From positions 7,006,001-7,070,000 of the forward strand of contig OZ024743.1 of NCBI GenBank assembly GCA_964016885.1: a stretch of 64,000 nt of DNA. The letters are read 5' to 3'. The number at the start of each line of letters is the position of its first letter. The first letter of the stretch is position 1. Shown piece by piece: positions 52,226 to 63,731 of this stretch. This DNA comes from Eledone cirrhosa (taxonomy: Eukaryota). Made by a program: the position numbers and the translations under genes. The notes under the pieces are model-generated. The model ran no database searches, was not told where the DNA came from, and saw only the letters and a list, made by a program, of their open reading frames with translations.

Positions 52226-55200
52226 TCTATATACAAATTTGAGCGACTTCTGTCTGTCTGTCTGTCCTTCTGTTACACACTAGGAAGGAAGGGGTGATGA
52301 CGTCAAACACTAGAGATGACTGAGGAAGGAAGGGGTGGTGATGTCACTCACCAGAGATGACTGAGGAAGGAAGGGGTGGTGATGTCACACACCAGAGATG
52401 ACTGAGGAAGGAAGGGGTGATGATGTCACACACCAGAGATGACTGAGGAAGGAAGGGGTGGTGATGTCACACACCAGAGATGACTGAGGAAGGAAGGGGT
52501 GGTGATGTCACACACTAGACATGACTGAGGAAGGAAGGGGTGATGACATCACTCACTAGAGATGACTGAGGAAGGAAGGGTGATGACCTCAGACACTAGA
52601 GATGACTGAGGAAGGAAGGGGTGATGATGTCACATACTAGAGATGACTGAGGAAGGAAGGGGTGATGATGTCACACACCAGAGATGACTGAGGAAGGAAG
52701 GGGTGGTGATGTCACACACCAGAGATGACTGAGGAAGGAAGGGGTGATGATGTCACACACCAGAGATGACTGAGGAAGGAAGGGGTGGTGATGTCACACA
52801 CCAGAGATGACTGAGGAAGGAAGGGGTGGTGATGTCACACACTAGACATGACTGAGGAAGGAAGGGGTGGTGATGTCACACACTAGACATGACTGAGGAA
52901 GGAAGGGTGATGACCTCAGACACTAGAGATGACTGAGGAAGGAAGGGGGTGATGATGTCACATACTAGAGATGACTGAGGAAGGAAGGGGTGATGATGTC
53001 ACATACTAGAGATGACTGAGGAAGGAAGGGGTGATGGTGTCACATACTAGAGATGACTGAGGAAGGAAGGGGTGGTGATGTCATACACTAGAGATGACTG
53101 AGGAAGGAAGGGGTGGTGATGTCACACACTAGAGATGACTGAGGAAGGAAGGGGTGATGACCTCAGACACTAGAGATGACTGAGGAAGGAAGGGGTGGTG
53201 ATGTCACACACTAGAGATGACTGAGGAAGGAAGGGGTGATGACCTCAGACACTAGAGATGACTGAGGAAGGAAGGAGTAGTGATGTCATACACTAGAGAT
53301 GACTGAGGAAGGAAGGGGTGATGACCTCAGACACTAGAGATGACTGAGGAAGGAAGGGGTGGTGATGTCACACACTAGAGATGACTGAGGAAGGAAGGGG
53401 TGATGACCTCAGACACTAGAGATGACTGAGGAAGGAAGGGGTGGTGATGTCATACACTAGAGATGACTGAGGAAGGAAGGGGTGATGACCTCAGACACTA
53501 GAGATGACTGAGGAAGGAAGGGGTGGTGATGTCACACACTAGAGATGACTGAGGAAGGAAGGGGTGATGACCTCAGACACTAGAGATGACTGAGGAAGGA
53601 AGGGGTGGTGATGTCACTCACCAGAGATGACTGAGGAAGGAAGGGGTGGTGATGTCACACACCAGAGATGACTGAGGAAGGAAGGGGTGATGATGTCACA
53701 CACCAGAGATGACTGAGGAAGGAAGGGGTGGTGATGTCACACACCAGAGATGACTGAGGAAGGAAGGGGTGGTGATGTCACACACTAGACATGACTGAGG
53801 AAGGAAGGGGTGATGACATCACTCACTAGAGATGACTGAGGAAGGAAGGGTGATGACCTCAGACACTAGAGATGACTGAGGAAGGAAGGGGTGATGATGT
53901 CACATACTAGAGATGACTGAGGAAGGAAGGGGTGATGATGTCACACACCAGAGATGACTGAGGAAGGAAGGGGTGGTGATGTCACACACCAGAGATGACT
54001 GAGGAAGGAAGGGGTGATGATGTCACACACCAGAGATGACTGAGGAAGGAAGGGGTGGTGATGTCACACACCAGAGATGACTGAGGAAGGAAGGGGTGGT
54101 GATGTCACACACTAGACATGACTGAGGAAGGAAGGGGTGGTGATGTCACATACTAGACATGACTAAGGAAGGAAGGGTGATGACCTCAGACACTAGAGAT
54201 GACTGAGGAAGGAAGGGGTGATGATGTCACATACTAGAGATGACTGAGGAAGGAAGGGGTGATGATGTCACATACTAGAGATGACTGAGGAAGGAAGGGG
54301 TGATGGTGTCACATACTAGAGATGACTGAGGAAGGAAGGGGTGGTGATGTCATACACTAGAGGTGACTGAGGAAGGAAGGGGTGGTGATGTCACACACTA
54401 GAGATGACTGAGGAAGGAAGGGGTGATGACCTCAGACACTAGAGATGACTGAGGAAGGAAGGGGTGGTGATGTCACACACTAGAGATGACTGAGGAAGGA
54501 AGGGGTGATGACCTCAGACACTAGAGATGACTGAGGAAGGAAGGAGTAGTGATGTCATACACTAGAGATGACTGAGGAAGGAAGGGGTGATGACCTCAGA
54601 CACTAGAGATGACTGAGGAAGGAAGGGGTGGTGATGTCACACACTAGAGATGACTGAGGAAGGAAGGGGTGATTACCTCAGACACTAGAGATGACTGAGG
54701 AAGGAAGGGGTGGTGATGTCATACACTAGAGATGACTGAGGAAGGAAGGGGTGATGACCTCAGACACTAGAGATGACTGAGGAAGGAAGGGGTGGTGATG
54801 TCACACACTAGAGATGACTGAGGAAGGAAGGGGTGATGACCTCAGACACTAGAGATGACTGAGGAAGGAAGGGGTGGTGATGTCACTCACCAGAGATGAC
54901 TGAGGAAGGAAGGGGTGGTGATGTCACACACCAGAGATGACTGAGGAAGGAAGGGGTGGTGATGTCACACACTAGACATGACTGAGGAAGGAAGGGGTGA
55001 TGACATCACTCACTAGAGATGACTGAGGAAGGAAGGGGTGGTGATGTCACACACCAGAGATGACTGAGGAAGGAAGGGGTGGTGATGTCACACACTAGAC
55101 ATGACTGAGGAAGGAAGGGGTGGTGATGTCACACACTAGACATGACTGAGGAAGGAAGGGTGATGACCTCAGACACTAGAGATGACTGAGGAAGGAAGGG

Positions 55201-57183
55201 GTGATGATGTCACATACTAGAGATGACTGAGGAAGGAAGGGGTGATGATGTCACATACTAGAGATGACTGAGGAAGGAAGGGGTGATGGTGTCACATACT
55301 AGAGATGACTGAGGAAGGAAGGGGTGGTGATGTCATACACTAGAGATGACTGAGGAAGGAAGGGGTGGTGATGTCACACACTAGAGATGACTGAGGAAGG
55401 AAGGAGTGGTGATGTCACACACCAGAGATGACTGAGGAAGGAAGGGGTGGTGATGTCACACACCAGAGATGACTGAGGAAGGAAGGGGTGGTGATGTCAT
55501 ACACTAGAGATGACTGAGGAAGGAAGGGGTGGTGATGTCATACACTACAGATGACTGAGGAAGGAAGGGGTGGTGATGTCACACACTAGAGATGACTGAG
55601 GAAGGAAGGGGTGGTGATGTCACACACCAGAGATGACTGAGGAAGGAAGGGGTGATGACATCACTCACTAGAGATGACTGAGGAAGGAAGGGGTGGTGAT
55701 GTCATACACTAGACATGACTGAGGAAGGAAGGGGTGATGACCTCAGACACTAGAGATGACTGAGGAAGGAAGGGGTGATGTCACACACTAGAGATGACTG
55801 AGGAAGGAAGGGGTGATGACGTCACACACTAGAGATGACTGAGGAAGGAAGGGGTGATGACGTCACACACTAGAGATGACTGAGGAAGGAAGGGGTGATG
55901 ACGTCACAAACTAGAGATGACTGAGAAAGGAAGGGGTGATGACGTCACACACTAGAGATGACTGAGGAAGGAAGGGGTGATGACCTCAGACACTAGAGAT
56001 GACTGAGGAAGGAAGGTGTGGTGATGTCACACACTAGAGATGACTGAGGAAGAAAGGGGTGATGACGTACACTAGAGATGACTGAGGAAGGAAGGGGTGG
56101 TGATGTCGTTCACTAGAGATGACTGAGGATGGAAGGAGTGATGACATCACTCACTAGAGATGACTGAGGAGTGATGTCACACACTAGAGATGACTGAGGA
56201 AGGAAGGGGTGATGATGTCACATACTAGAGATGACTGAGGAAGGAAGGGGTGATGATGTCACATACTAGAGATGACTGAGGAAGGAAGGGGTGATGACGT
56301 ACACTAGAGATGACTGAGGAAGGAAGGGGTGGTGATGTCTTTCACTAGAGATGACTGAGGAAGGAAGGGGTGGTGATGTCACACACCAGAGATGACTGAG
56401 GAAGGAAGGGGTGGTGATGTCACACACCAGAGATGACTGAGGAAGGAAGGGGTGGTGATGTCATACACCAGAGATGACTGAGGAAGGAAGGGGTGGTGAT
56501 GTCATACACTAGAGATGACTGAGGAAGGAAGGGGTGGTGATGTCACACACCAGAGATGACTGAGGAAGGAAGGGGTGGTGATGTCATACACCAGAGATGA
56601 CTGAGGAAGGAAGGGGTGGTGATGTCATACACTAGAGATGACTGAGGAAGGAAGGGGTGGTGATGTCACACACCAGAGATGACTGAGGAAGGAAGGGGTG
56701 GTGATGTCACACACCAGAGATGACTGAGGAAGGAAGGGGTGGTGATGTCACACACCAGAGATGACTGAGGAAGGAAGGGGTGGTGATGTCACACACCAGA
56801 GATGACTGAGGAAGGAAGGGGTGGTGATGTCATACACCAGAGATGACTGAGGAAGGAAGGGGTGGTGATGTCACACACTAGACATGACTGAGGAAGGAAG
56901 GGGTGGTGATGTCACACACTAGACATGACTGAGGAAGGAAGGGATGGTGACATCACGTACTAGACATGACTGAGGAAGGAATGGGTGGTGATGTCACACA
57001 CTAGACATGACTGAGGAAGGAAGGGGTGATGACGTCACGAACTAGAGATGACTGAGGAAGGAAGGGGTGATGACAAACTACAGAAAACAGCGTCTAACAT
57101 TCCCTACACTTGTGTGTACAATCTACATACACACATGCACACACATATACACATACGCGTCAGCATGTTGAAAAAAATTCTAC
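52226..57183 (+). mobile_element. Non-autonomous Helitron-like element carrying a 4.8-kb satellite
   Basis: Same 5' end (A|TCTATATACAAATTTGAG), same post-array block (cagaaaacagcg.ctaacatt) and 3' end (hairpin, 11 nt, CTAC|T) as 47632-48611. Confidence 0.72.
52276..57074. repeat. 41-bp tandem repeat array, about 117 units
   Basis: Consensus CACTAGAGATGACTGAGGAAGGAAGGGGTGGTGATGTCACA; period 41 (e.g. 52321 vs 52362). Confidence 0.98.
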
Positions 57184-57439
57184 TATTTTAAATAACAATA
57201 ACAAAGGTATTGAAATGTTACCATGGAAATAGTTAATTGGACCTTGATATATTTCAGGAAATATTCCCTTGTCAAAAAATTTAAAGAAACCAAGACAAAA
57301 TGGACTTATATGCTTCTTTACTAGGTTGGCATGTTGAATTATGAAAGGGAGTTAGGAGACCATGTGGTGAGAAGGAAAAGAGGGTTACATCTGTATTCCA
57401 CAGGCCAACAGTTGGTGGTAATCTATGTGAGCTGGTAGT

Positions 57440-57770
57440 GAAGGCATGTGGTTATGTAGTTAGGGAATGTGGTTCATGATCATAACGCTGTGAGTTTGGT
57501 TACGACTGACGCGCTGTGTCCTTCAGCAAGACACCTTATTTCATGTTGCTCCAGTTCACTCCTCTGACAAAAATGAGTTGTACCAGTAATTTGAAGGGCC
57601 AGCCTTGTCACATTCTGTGTCAAACTGAATCTCCCTGAAAACTATGTTATCGGTACGCGTGTTTGTGGAATGCTCAGCCACTTACACGTTAATTTCACAA
57701 GGAGGATGTTCTGTTGATTGGATCAACTGGAACACTCGTCATTGTAACCGACAGAGTGCCTTCCGCCATG
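57440..57770 (+). mobile_element. tRNA-derived SINE of the third family
   Basis: gtgtccttcagcaagacaccttatttcatgttgctccagt core shared with 26905-27040. Confidence 0.72.
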
Positions 57771-57806
57771 TGATCTGTGATGTAATGCATGATGACTATA
57801 AGGGGT

Positions 57807-57841
<35 letters not shown>

Positions 57842-58622
57842 TAGTTTTTCTATAGTAGCCACTGGGCATTCAATTTTAATCAATAGTTAATAGTGGATCT
57901 TTGTTTTGTTATGAGAATGACCTTCATCAAAATAAAGATTATATCTACACACTGAATAGATGTAATGCTCTGACAGATTACAGAAGTAACAAATATAAAT
58001 AAACTCTGGCTAAAATTAAATAGAAAGCATGAATGGAATAATAACAACCTCACAGCATAGAGATTAAGGACAAAATAAAGACACACAAAAACCAAACTAA
58101 TATGATACACAGACAAACGCCCACCACCACTCCAACCCCCACACACATACAGAATACAAAAATCAGTATAACAACTAACTAGTGACAAGTAGGAAAGAGA
58201 GAGAAAGACACACTCACATATATACAAAAACTTGGAAGAGAAACAAGACATAAAGACACACATACATACAGTTAAACACATGCACAGTCCAGGTGCACAG
58301 CTCATAAAGACAAGATGGTGTAAAACAACAAAAAAGGAGACATAAAGTAACAAAAGTAGTCAATGTGTGACGAAAGAGCTTTGACAATTAACAACTAAAC
58401 AACTATCCAGTTATTAAACTAACTGACGGAAAAATTAGTTACTCAACCAATAGTAATAAATTGACGTGAACCTCAACTAGTGCATGTGTTTTTATTTGCA
58501 GCATGGCCCTCCCAAAGTATAACAAAGCTGAATAAAGATAATAAAAAAAAGAAAAAATCTCACGGTAACCAAATAAAATTACATAATTTTTAAAGAAAAA
58601 TAGAAAAAAAGAAAGAGCATAC

Positions 58623-58792
58623 ATAGTGACAGGATGATTCTGTATATCTCCTGTGAATGCCTTTGTTCTGAAGCTTGAAGCAAGACAAGTTTCCAAATGA
58701 ATATCATCTTTCCTGATTTGTTTATAAAGATTGTCATCCTCAATAGAATGGTAACCATGACCTACACGTTCAACTAACATATCATCTACCGC
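58623..58792 (-). CDS. ADA: ADA exon (AVDDMLVERVGHGYH...HLETCLASS...HPVT)
   Basis: tag|GCG ... ACT AT|gtatgc, 170 nt. Confidence 0.93.
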
Positions 58793-58871
58793 CTACAGAA
58801 AGAGAAAAAAGGAGTTACAGTTTTAAATACACAAAAGAAATCAAACTTTCAACATAATTACACTCAAACAA

Positions 58872-59090
58872 ATATTAGTTTCTGATTTTGGCACAAAGCC
58901 AACAATTTTGAGGGAGGGGAAAGTTGACTAAATCAACACCAGTGCATTACTGGTACTTTATTTTATTGACCCCGTAAGGATGAAAGGCAAAGCAAACCTT
59001 GGCAGGATTTGAACTCAGATCGTAAAGGGCAGTAACTCTATGCCATAAAGCATGTTTTCCGACGCTCTACCGATTCTGCCAATCCACCTT
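58872..59090 (-). mobile_element. tRNA-derived SINE, same family
   Basis: Reverse complement of 59660-59850. Confidence 0.87.
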
Positions 59091-59611
59091 GAATGAATAG
59101 TTATTTGCTTTAATATATTTCAGTATTGTTATCATTGAGTAGATTTTACTGCTACCTTTAGGTAGCACTTCCTTTATCCTTTTCTTACACTTGTTTCAGT
59201 CATTAGACTGTGGCCATGCTGGGCATGAAGGGATTTAATCAATCATATCAAACACAGTACATATTTTTTCAAGTGTGGTATTTATTTTATTGATCTCTTT
59301 TTGTCAAATGAGACATAAAGAAACAGTAAACATTTTGTCAAGTCATCATCATCATCATCAGCGTTTAATGTCCATTTTTCACACTTCCTGGTTGCTATCC
59401 TACACCATCCCACTCCTACCATGACAGCTATATTAAACTATCTTCCTCTTATCAACTACCAATATGTAGACTCTTCCCTACTATCCTATCATGCCTTATC
59501 TCCTCACTCTTCATGGTTGCTATCTGTATCATCTCACTCCTAACATGACACAACTAGATTGCCCAATCATCCTCTTAGCAACAACAAATACCAACTACCA
59601 TCCCCCTTTAA

Positions 59612-60047
59612 CCCTTTAACATTTACATTACTCTATATTTAATATTATATTTTCATTTTGGGCGGTGGATTGGCAGTATCGGTAGAGGGTCGGACGCCAT
59701 ACTTTCCAGCATAGTTACGTCCCTTTATGATCTGAGTTCAAATCCCGCCAAGGTTGACTTTGCCTTTCATCCTTACGGGGTCAATAAAATAAAGTACCAG
59801 TAATGCACTGAGTAATTGCTGGCCTTGTGCCTAAAGTAGAAACAATTATTTTTTCATGGTAAATACCGAATCTACGAGATTTTGATATTATTTATTTTGA
59901 GAACAATACTTTAACATTGGTAAGAGCGGCCAGTTATGGCCAGTTTGAACAGAAAAAGGTGAGAGAATTCTGGCCAATTACAGCTGGCTTGAACAGAAAG
60001 AGGTGAGATAATTCTGGCCAGATTCAGCTGGTTTAAATGCTAAAGGG
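59612..60047. mobile_element. piggyBac-like MITE, same family, interrupted by a SINE
   Basis: TTAA|CCCTTTAACATTTA ... TAAATGCTAAAGGG|TTAA; interior colinear with 51255-51461. Confidence 0.8.
59660..59850 (+). mobile_element. tRNA-derived SINE nested in a MITE
   Basis: A box TGGCAGTATCGG, B box GAGTTCAAATCC; flanked by TTTTCAT direct repeats. Confidence 0.88.
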
Positions 60048-61109
60048 TTAAAACATACTCTTGTAGTTTGCTTGAAGCCTCATGTAAAGTGCAGAAAATA
60101 GTGTTTTGTTTGAAAGCTACCACGGCACGAATTGGACAGTAAATGGTAAAAATATGATAACGATGATGTCGGGGTATTACCTTGAAGTTCTTTATAGGTC
60201 CTTATATTTCAGGATAAAATCTTTTCATCAAAAATTGGCAATTTAAGGGTAACAAAAATATACAGCTCTGAACTAGTTTCTTCTATTAATCCGTTAATGA
60301 AGGACCTATAAAGAACTGCAAGGTAATATCCCAACATCATTAATATCATATTTTTAACATTTACTGTCCAATTTATATTGTGGTAGCTTTCAGAGAAAAT
60401 ATTTTCTATACTTTTGTTTTGAAAGAATAGAGATGATGTAGAATGGAGAGGTTTCTTTTTGACATGTAATGGCAAGTCAACATCTCTAGTATTGATGCCA
60501 TGGTAAAATATACCCAGTACACACCATTGGGTAGAGAGAGTAGAGAGGGCTCTTTAGTCTTGAGGACATGACAGCATCTTTAGTGAGGGTGTCATGAAAA
60601 AATGTACCTAGTACACTCTGTAAAGTGATTGGTTTTAGAAAGGGCATTCATCCATAAAGGCCATGCCAAAAAATATTGGACTGAAAATAGTTAATTCTTG
60701 CTTAATCTACATACTTGTGGTGAATCTAAAGGGTAAACAATATATCAGATGTATCAGTGAAATAAAATAAATCCCATGGATTTGATCTTCAACCAAATTT
60801 ATATATTTAAATTCTCAACTAGCCATCAATTAATATGTTGCTATACAGGATTAATGACAGTTAGGCTCTGTTTAGCAAAAACAATTATTGGATACACTCG
60901 TATTAAGCCAAAAGACATGGGACAAAAAATTGTTTTGTATCATAGAACCAAGATGGTTTCTGATGGTGTGTTATCAGAGATAAAACAGGCATAACTAATT
61001 GCTGATAGTTCACACAGCAATCATTATAGTCATATAGTATAAAACCATAATTATCAATTTATTCTAAATTTTGTTTTTGGATGATTCTATATTTTCAGTA
61101 TACTCTTAA

Positions 61110-61357
61110 CCCATTCATTACTATATGCTGGAAATTGACCCTGGCTCTATAATACAAAACTGTTTGTTTTAAAGTGTTCACATTTATCTTAAAACCTTTC
61201 ATAATAATTTCATGTAACCTTTGTTAAGGTATGTTCCAAATACCAGCTTAATAATGAGAAAGTTATATTACTAAACTGCTCCAAATTCTTGATTATTTTC
61301 AAAATTATTTGAAAACAGTAGGCAGTGTTTCTCATTAGAAATATGGTAACAAAATGG
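61110..61357. mobile_element. TTAA-flanked MITE, second family
   Basis: TTAA|CCCATTCATTACTATAT ... ATATGGTAACAAAATGG|TTAA; diverged relatives near 3890-4508, 30400-30605, 33478-33690, 43690-43873, 48770-49025. Confidence 0.65.
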
Positions 61358-61470
61358 TTAAAGGCTGATAGTGTACTGAAAGGCAACACAAAATACTGAG
61401 TTGAAGAAATTATAAATTAAGAAATTAAAATTCTGAAGAAAAAAAAAAATTTTTATAAGGAATACTTTAC

Positions 61471-61542
61471 CTCTTTAACATTACCAGGTCCTCCAACTTC
61501 TCCAGCATGTGCTGTGCGATGAATTCCTAGCTTATGGGCTTC
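61471..61542 (-). CDS. ADA: ADA exon (EAHKLGIHRTAHAGEVGGPGNVKE)
   Basis: aag|GAA ... GAG|gtaaag, 72 nt; HAGE carries a Zn ligand and the catalytic Glu. Confidence 0.94.
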
Positions 61543-61744
61543 CTTAAATAGAAAGAAAATAATAATTACAAGTACTGGATTTGGGGGCTGTTTATGAACT
61601 TTATTCACAGTTGTATAAATAACATTAGGATAAAGAATAAAGATCCCATAACTCCTTGTGGGGTCATACGGCGTGTCTAGGGCACATTTAAACCTGGTGG
61701 ATCCCAACCCTCTCCAGGTCTGAACACAGCTGATTTTTTTCTAT

Positions 61745-61910
61745 AGAGGAAGAATCAACCCCAGTACTGAAATGGTACTTTTTTTATTGACATCGAAAGG
61801 ATGAAAGGCAAAGTTGATCCCGGAAGGATTTGAACTCAGAGCACACAATGAAGTGGGACAAATACCATAAAGCATTCTATCCGACGTCTTAACGATTCTG
61901 CCAATTCGCT
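61745..61910 (-). mobile_element. tRNA-derived SINE, same family
   Basis: ggatgaaaggcaaagttga...ggatttgaactcaga...gattctgcca. Confidence 0.82.
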
Positions 61911-62486
61911 GTCTTATAAATAACATCACATATTACTCACTATTCTTTCAGAATAACATTACATATATAATGTTGTTGATATAAATTGATATAAACACAT
62001 GAAAGAAAAAAGAAAAAAGAGTGTGTGTGTGGGGTGGGGGGGTGGGGGGGGTGCAAAAACGACCACTGGATTCTTATTGGTTTATCCCGCATACTCAGAG
62101 AAGAAATAATAGTAGTCCATGTATCAATATAACAAAGAGTAAAATTGTCATGATTTCAATTATAAGTCAAACTGTAGATATTCCTATTTTGCCATATTTC
62201 TATGCTTTCTTATTCTTGGAAAGGAAGAGGTGGTCTCTTGGTAGTGGTAGCCCTAATGTTTTTAACCTGATACCAAGAGAGGGGTTCTTGGTAGTTGTAA
62301 CCCTAAAGTTTTCAACCTGACAGGAAGAGGGGGTTGTGATTTTGTTGATGACTATTTTGTTGATGACTATCTTCTGCATCTGAAAGAAATAACAATGTCT
62401 ATGTGATTGTTTGTTGATAACCAGAATGCTCTCACCCATTACTAAATGTTTCTACCTTTTAATCCATTCGCTATTATTCTGCTACT

Positions 62487-63056
62487 CATGGCAGAGTCAT
62501 TAGATCGTCAGACAAATACTTAGCAGTATTTACTTCAACTCTTTACTTTCTGAGTTCAAGTTCTGCCATGGTCAACTTTGCCTTTCATTCTTCTAAAGTT
62601 GGTAAAAGTACTGGGGTTGATATAATTGACTTTCTCTTCCCCACTAAATTGTTAACCTTGTGCCAATGTTGGAAATAATAATTATTATTAATATGAGGGT
62701 GGTGGATTGGCAGAGTTATTAGAGTGTTGGACAAATGCTTAACAGTATTTGTTCCGGCTCTACATTCTGAATTCAAATCCTGCCAAGATCAAATTTGACT
62801 TTCATCTTTTTGAGGTCAATAAAATAAAGTACCAGTCAAGTACTGAGGTTGATATAATCAATTAATCCATACCCACCCAAATTGCTGGTCTTGTGCTTAA
62901 ATTAGAAATCATTATTATTATTAACATGGTCTGAGTTCAAATCACGCCGAGGTTAACTTTGCCTTTCATCCTTACGGGGTCGATAAAATAAAGTACCAGT
63001 AATGCACTGGGTAATTGATGGCCTTGTGCCAAAAGTAGAAACAATTATTATTATTA
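62487..63056 (+). mobile_element. Three head-to-tail SINE copies (62487-62690, 62696-62923, 5'-truncated 62929-63056)
   Basis: Repeated B box, core and (TTA)n tail. Confidence 0.85.
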
Positions 63057-63371
63057 ACATGGAATATGTTAGTCCAAGTATGTTAGGTGGCTGGGGATGG
63101 GTACTGTACATCATTAGATCATATATCAACACTATGGGATGAACTATGATAAAATGTAGAGGGGATCAATCAGCCCTATAATATACATACATTTATGTAG
63201 CCTATTGATCCTATTTTCAATAATATATATATGTGTATGTCTCTATTAAATTTCAGACTGTCAACTTTTTACCCTTATTCTCTTTCAAATACATAAATAC
63301 CAAAGGGAAAATACAAGAAATATTTCCAGTATAAAAATAAGAAGAATATATATTTGAAAATTATTACAAAC

Positions 63372-63490
63372 CTTGAATACATCTTTAATTTCAGATGGAG
63401 TAGGGAAGAACTCAGCACCAGCCACATCTATTCCAACAACACCATCATCTTTAAACTCATTGCACAATTCAAGCACTTCCATTGCAGTTT
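63372..63490 (-). CDS. ADA: ADA exon (TAMEVLELCNEFKDDGVVGIDVAGAE...VFK)
   Basis: minus strand tag|AA ACT ... AAG|gtttgt, 119 nt. Confidence 0.9.
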
Positions 63491-63697
63491 CTACAAAAAT
63501 TCACATAAATATGTAGATGAGTTATACATTCATAGTACGTATGTATATATGTATAAATGTATGTGTGTGTGCACATATGTATGTATGCAAGGGCATATAA
63601 CTCTTGATAGGGGGGGGGGCATAAGGGCGCCATAGTGACATACAGCATGTATGCCACAAAGCATTCTAATAACTCTGCCAATTTGATACCTGCTCTG

Positions 63698-63727
<30 letters not shown>

Positions 63728-63731
<4 letters not shown>

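Larger units (their letters stand above)
49284..63490 (-). other. ADA: Adenosine deaminase (ADA1-type) gene, 3' portion (5 coding exons; 5' part lies beyond the window)
   Basis: Spliced translation gives GVVGIDVAG, IHRTAHAGE, ERVGHGYH, FSLNTDDP and IFNAAKSSFLP, the ADA TIM-barrel motifs; phases consistent. Confidence 0.93.

Noticed and set aside
52276-57074. CRISPR-like look of the 41-bp array (constant part plus variable part)
   Set aside because: The variable segment is a few point variants of one sequence, not unique spacers; no cas genes; eukaryotic intron.
57880-58353. Hydrophobic 157-aa ORF and similar intronic ORFs (18222, 20528, 34120)
   Set aside because: Products of low-complexity T/G-rich or decayed-repeat sequence with no motifs or splice support.
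49284-63490. Deaminase as an RNA-editing enzyme (ADAR/ADAT) functionally linked to dynein
   Set aside because: HAGE, GHG and TDDP are metabolic ADA TIM-barrel motifs, not the HAE/PCG fold of ADAR; adjacency implies no link.
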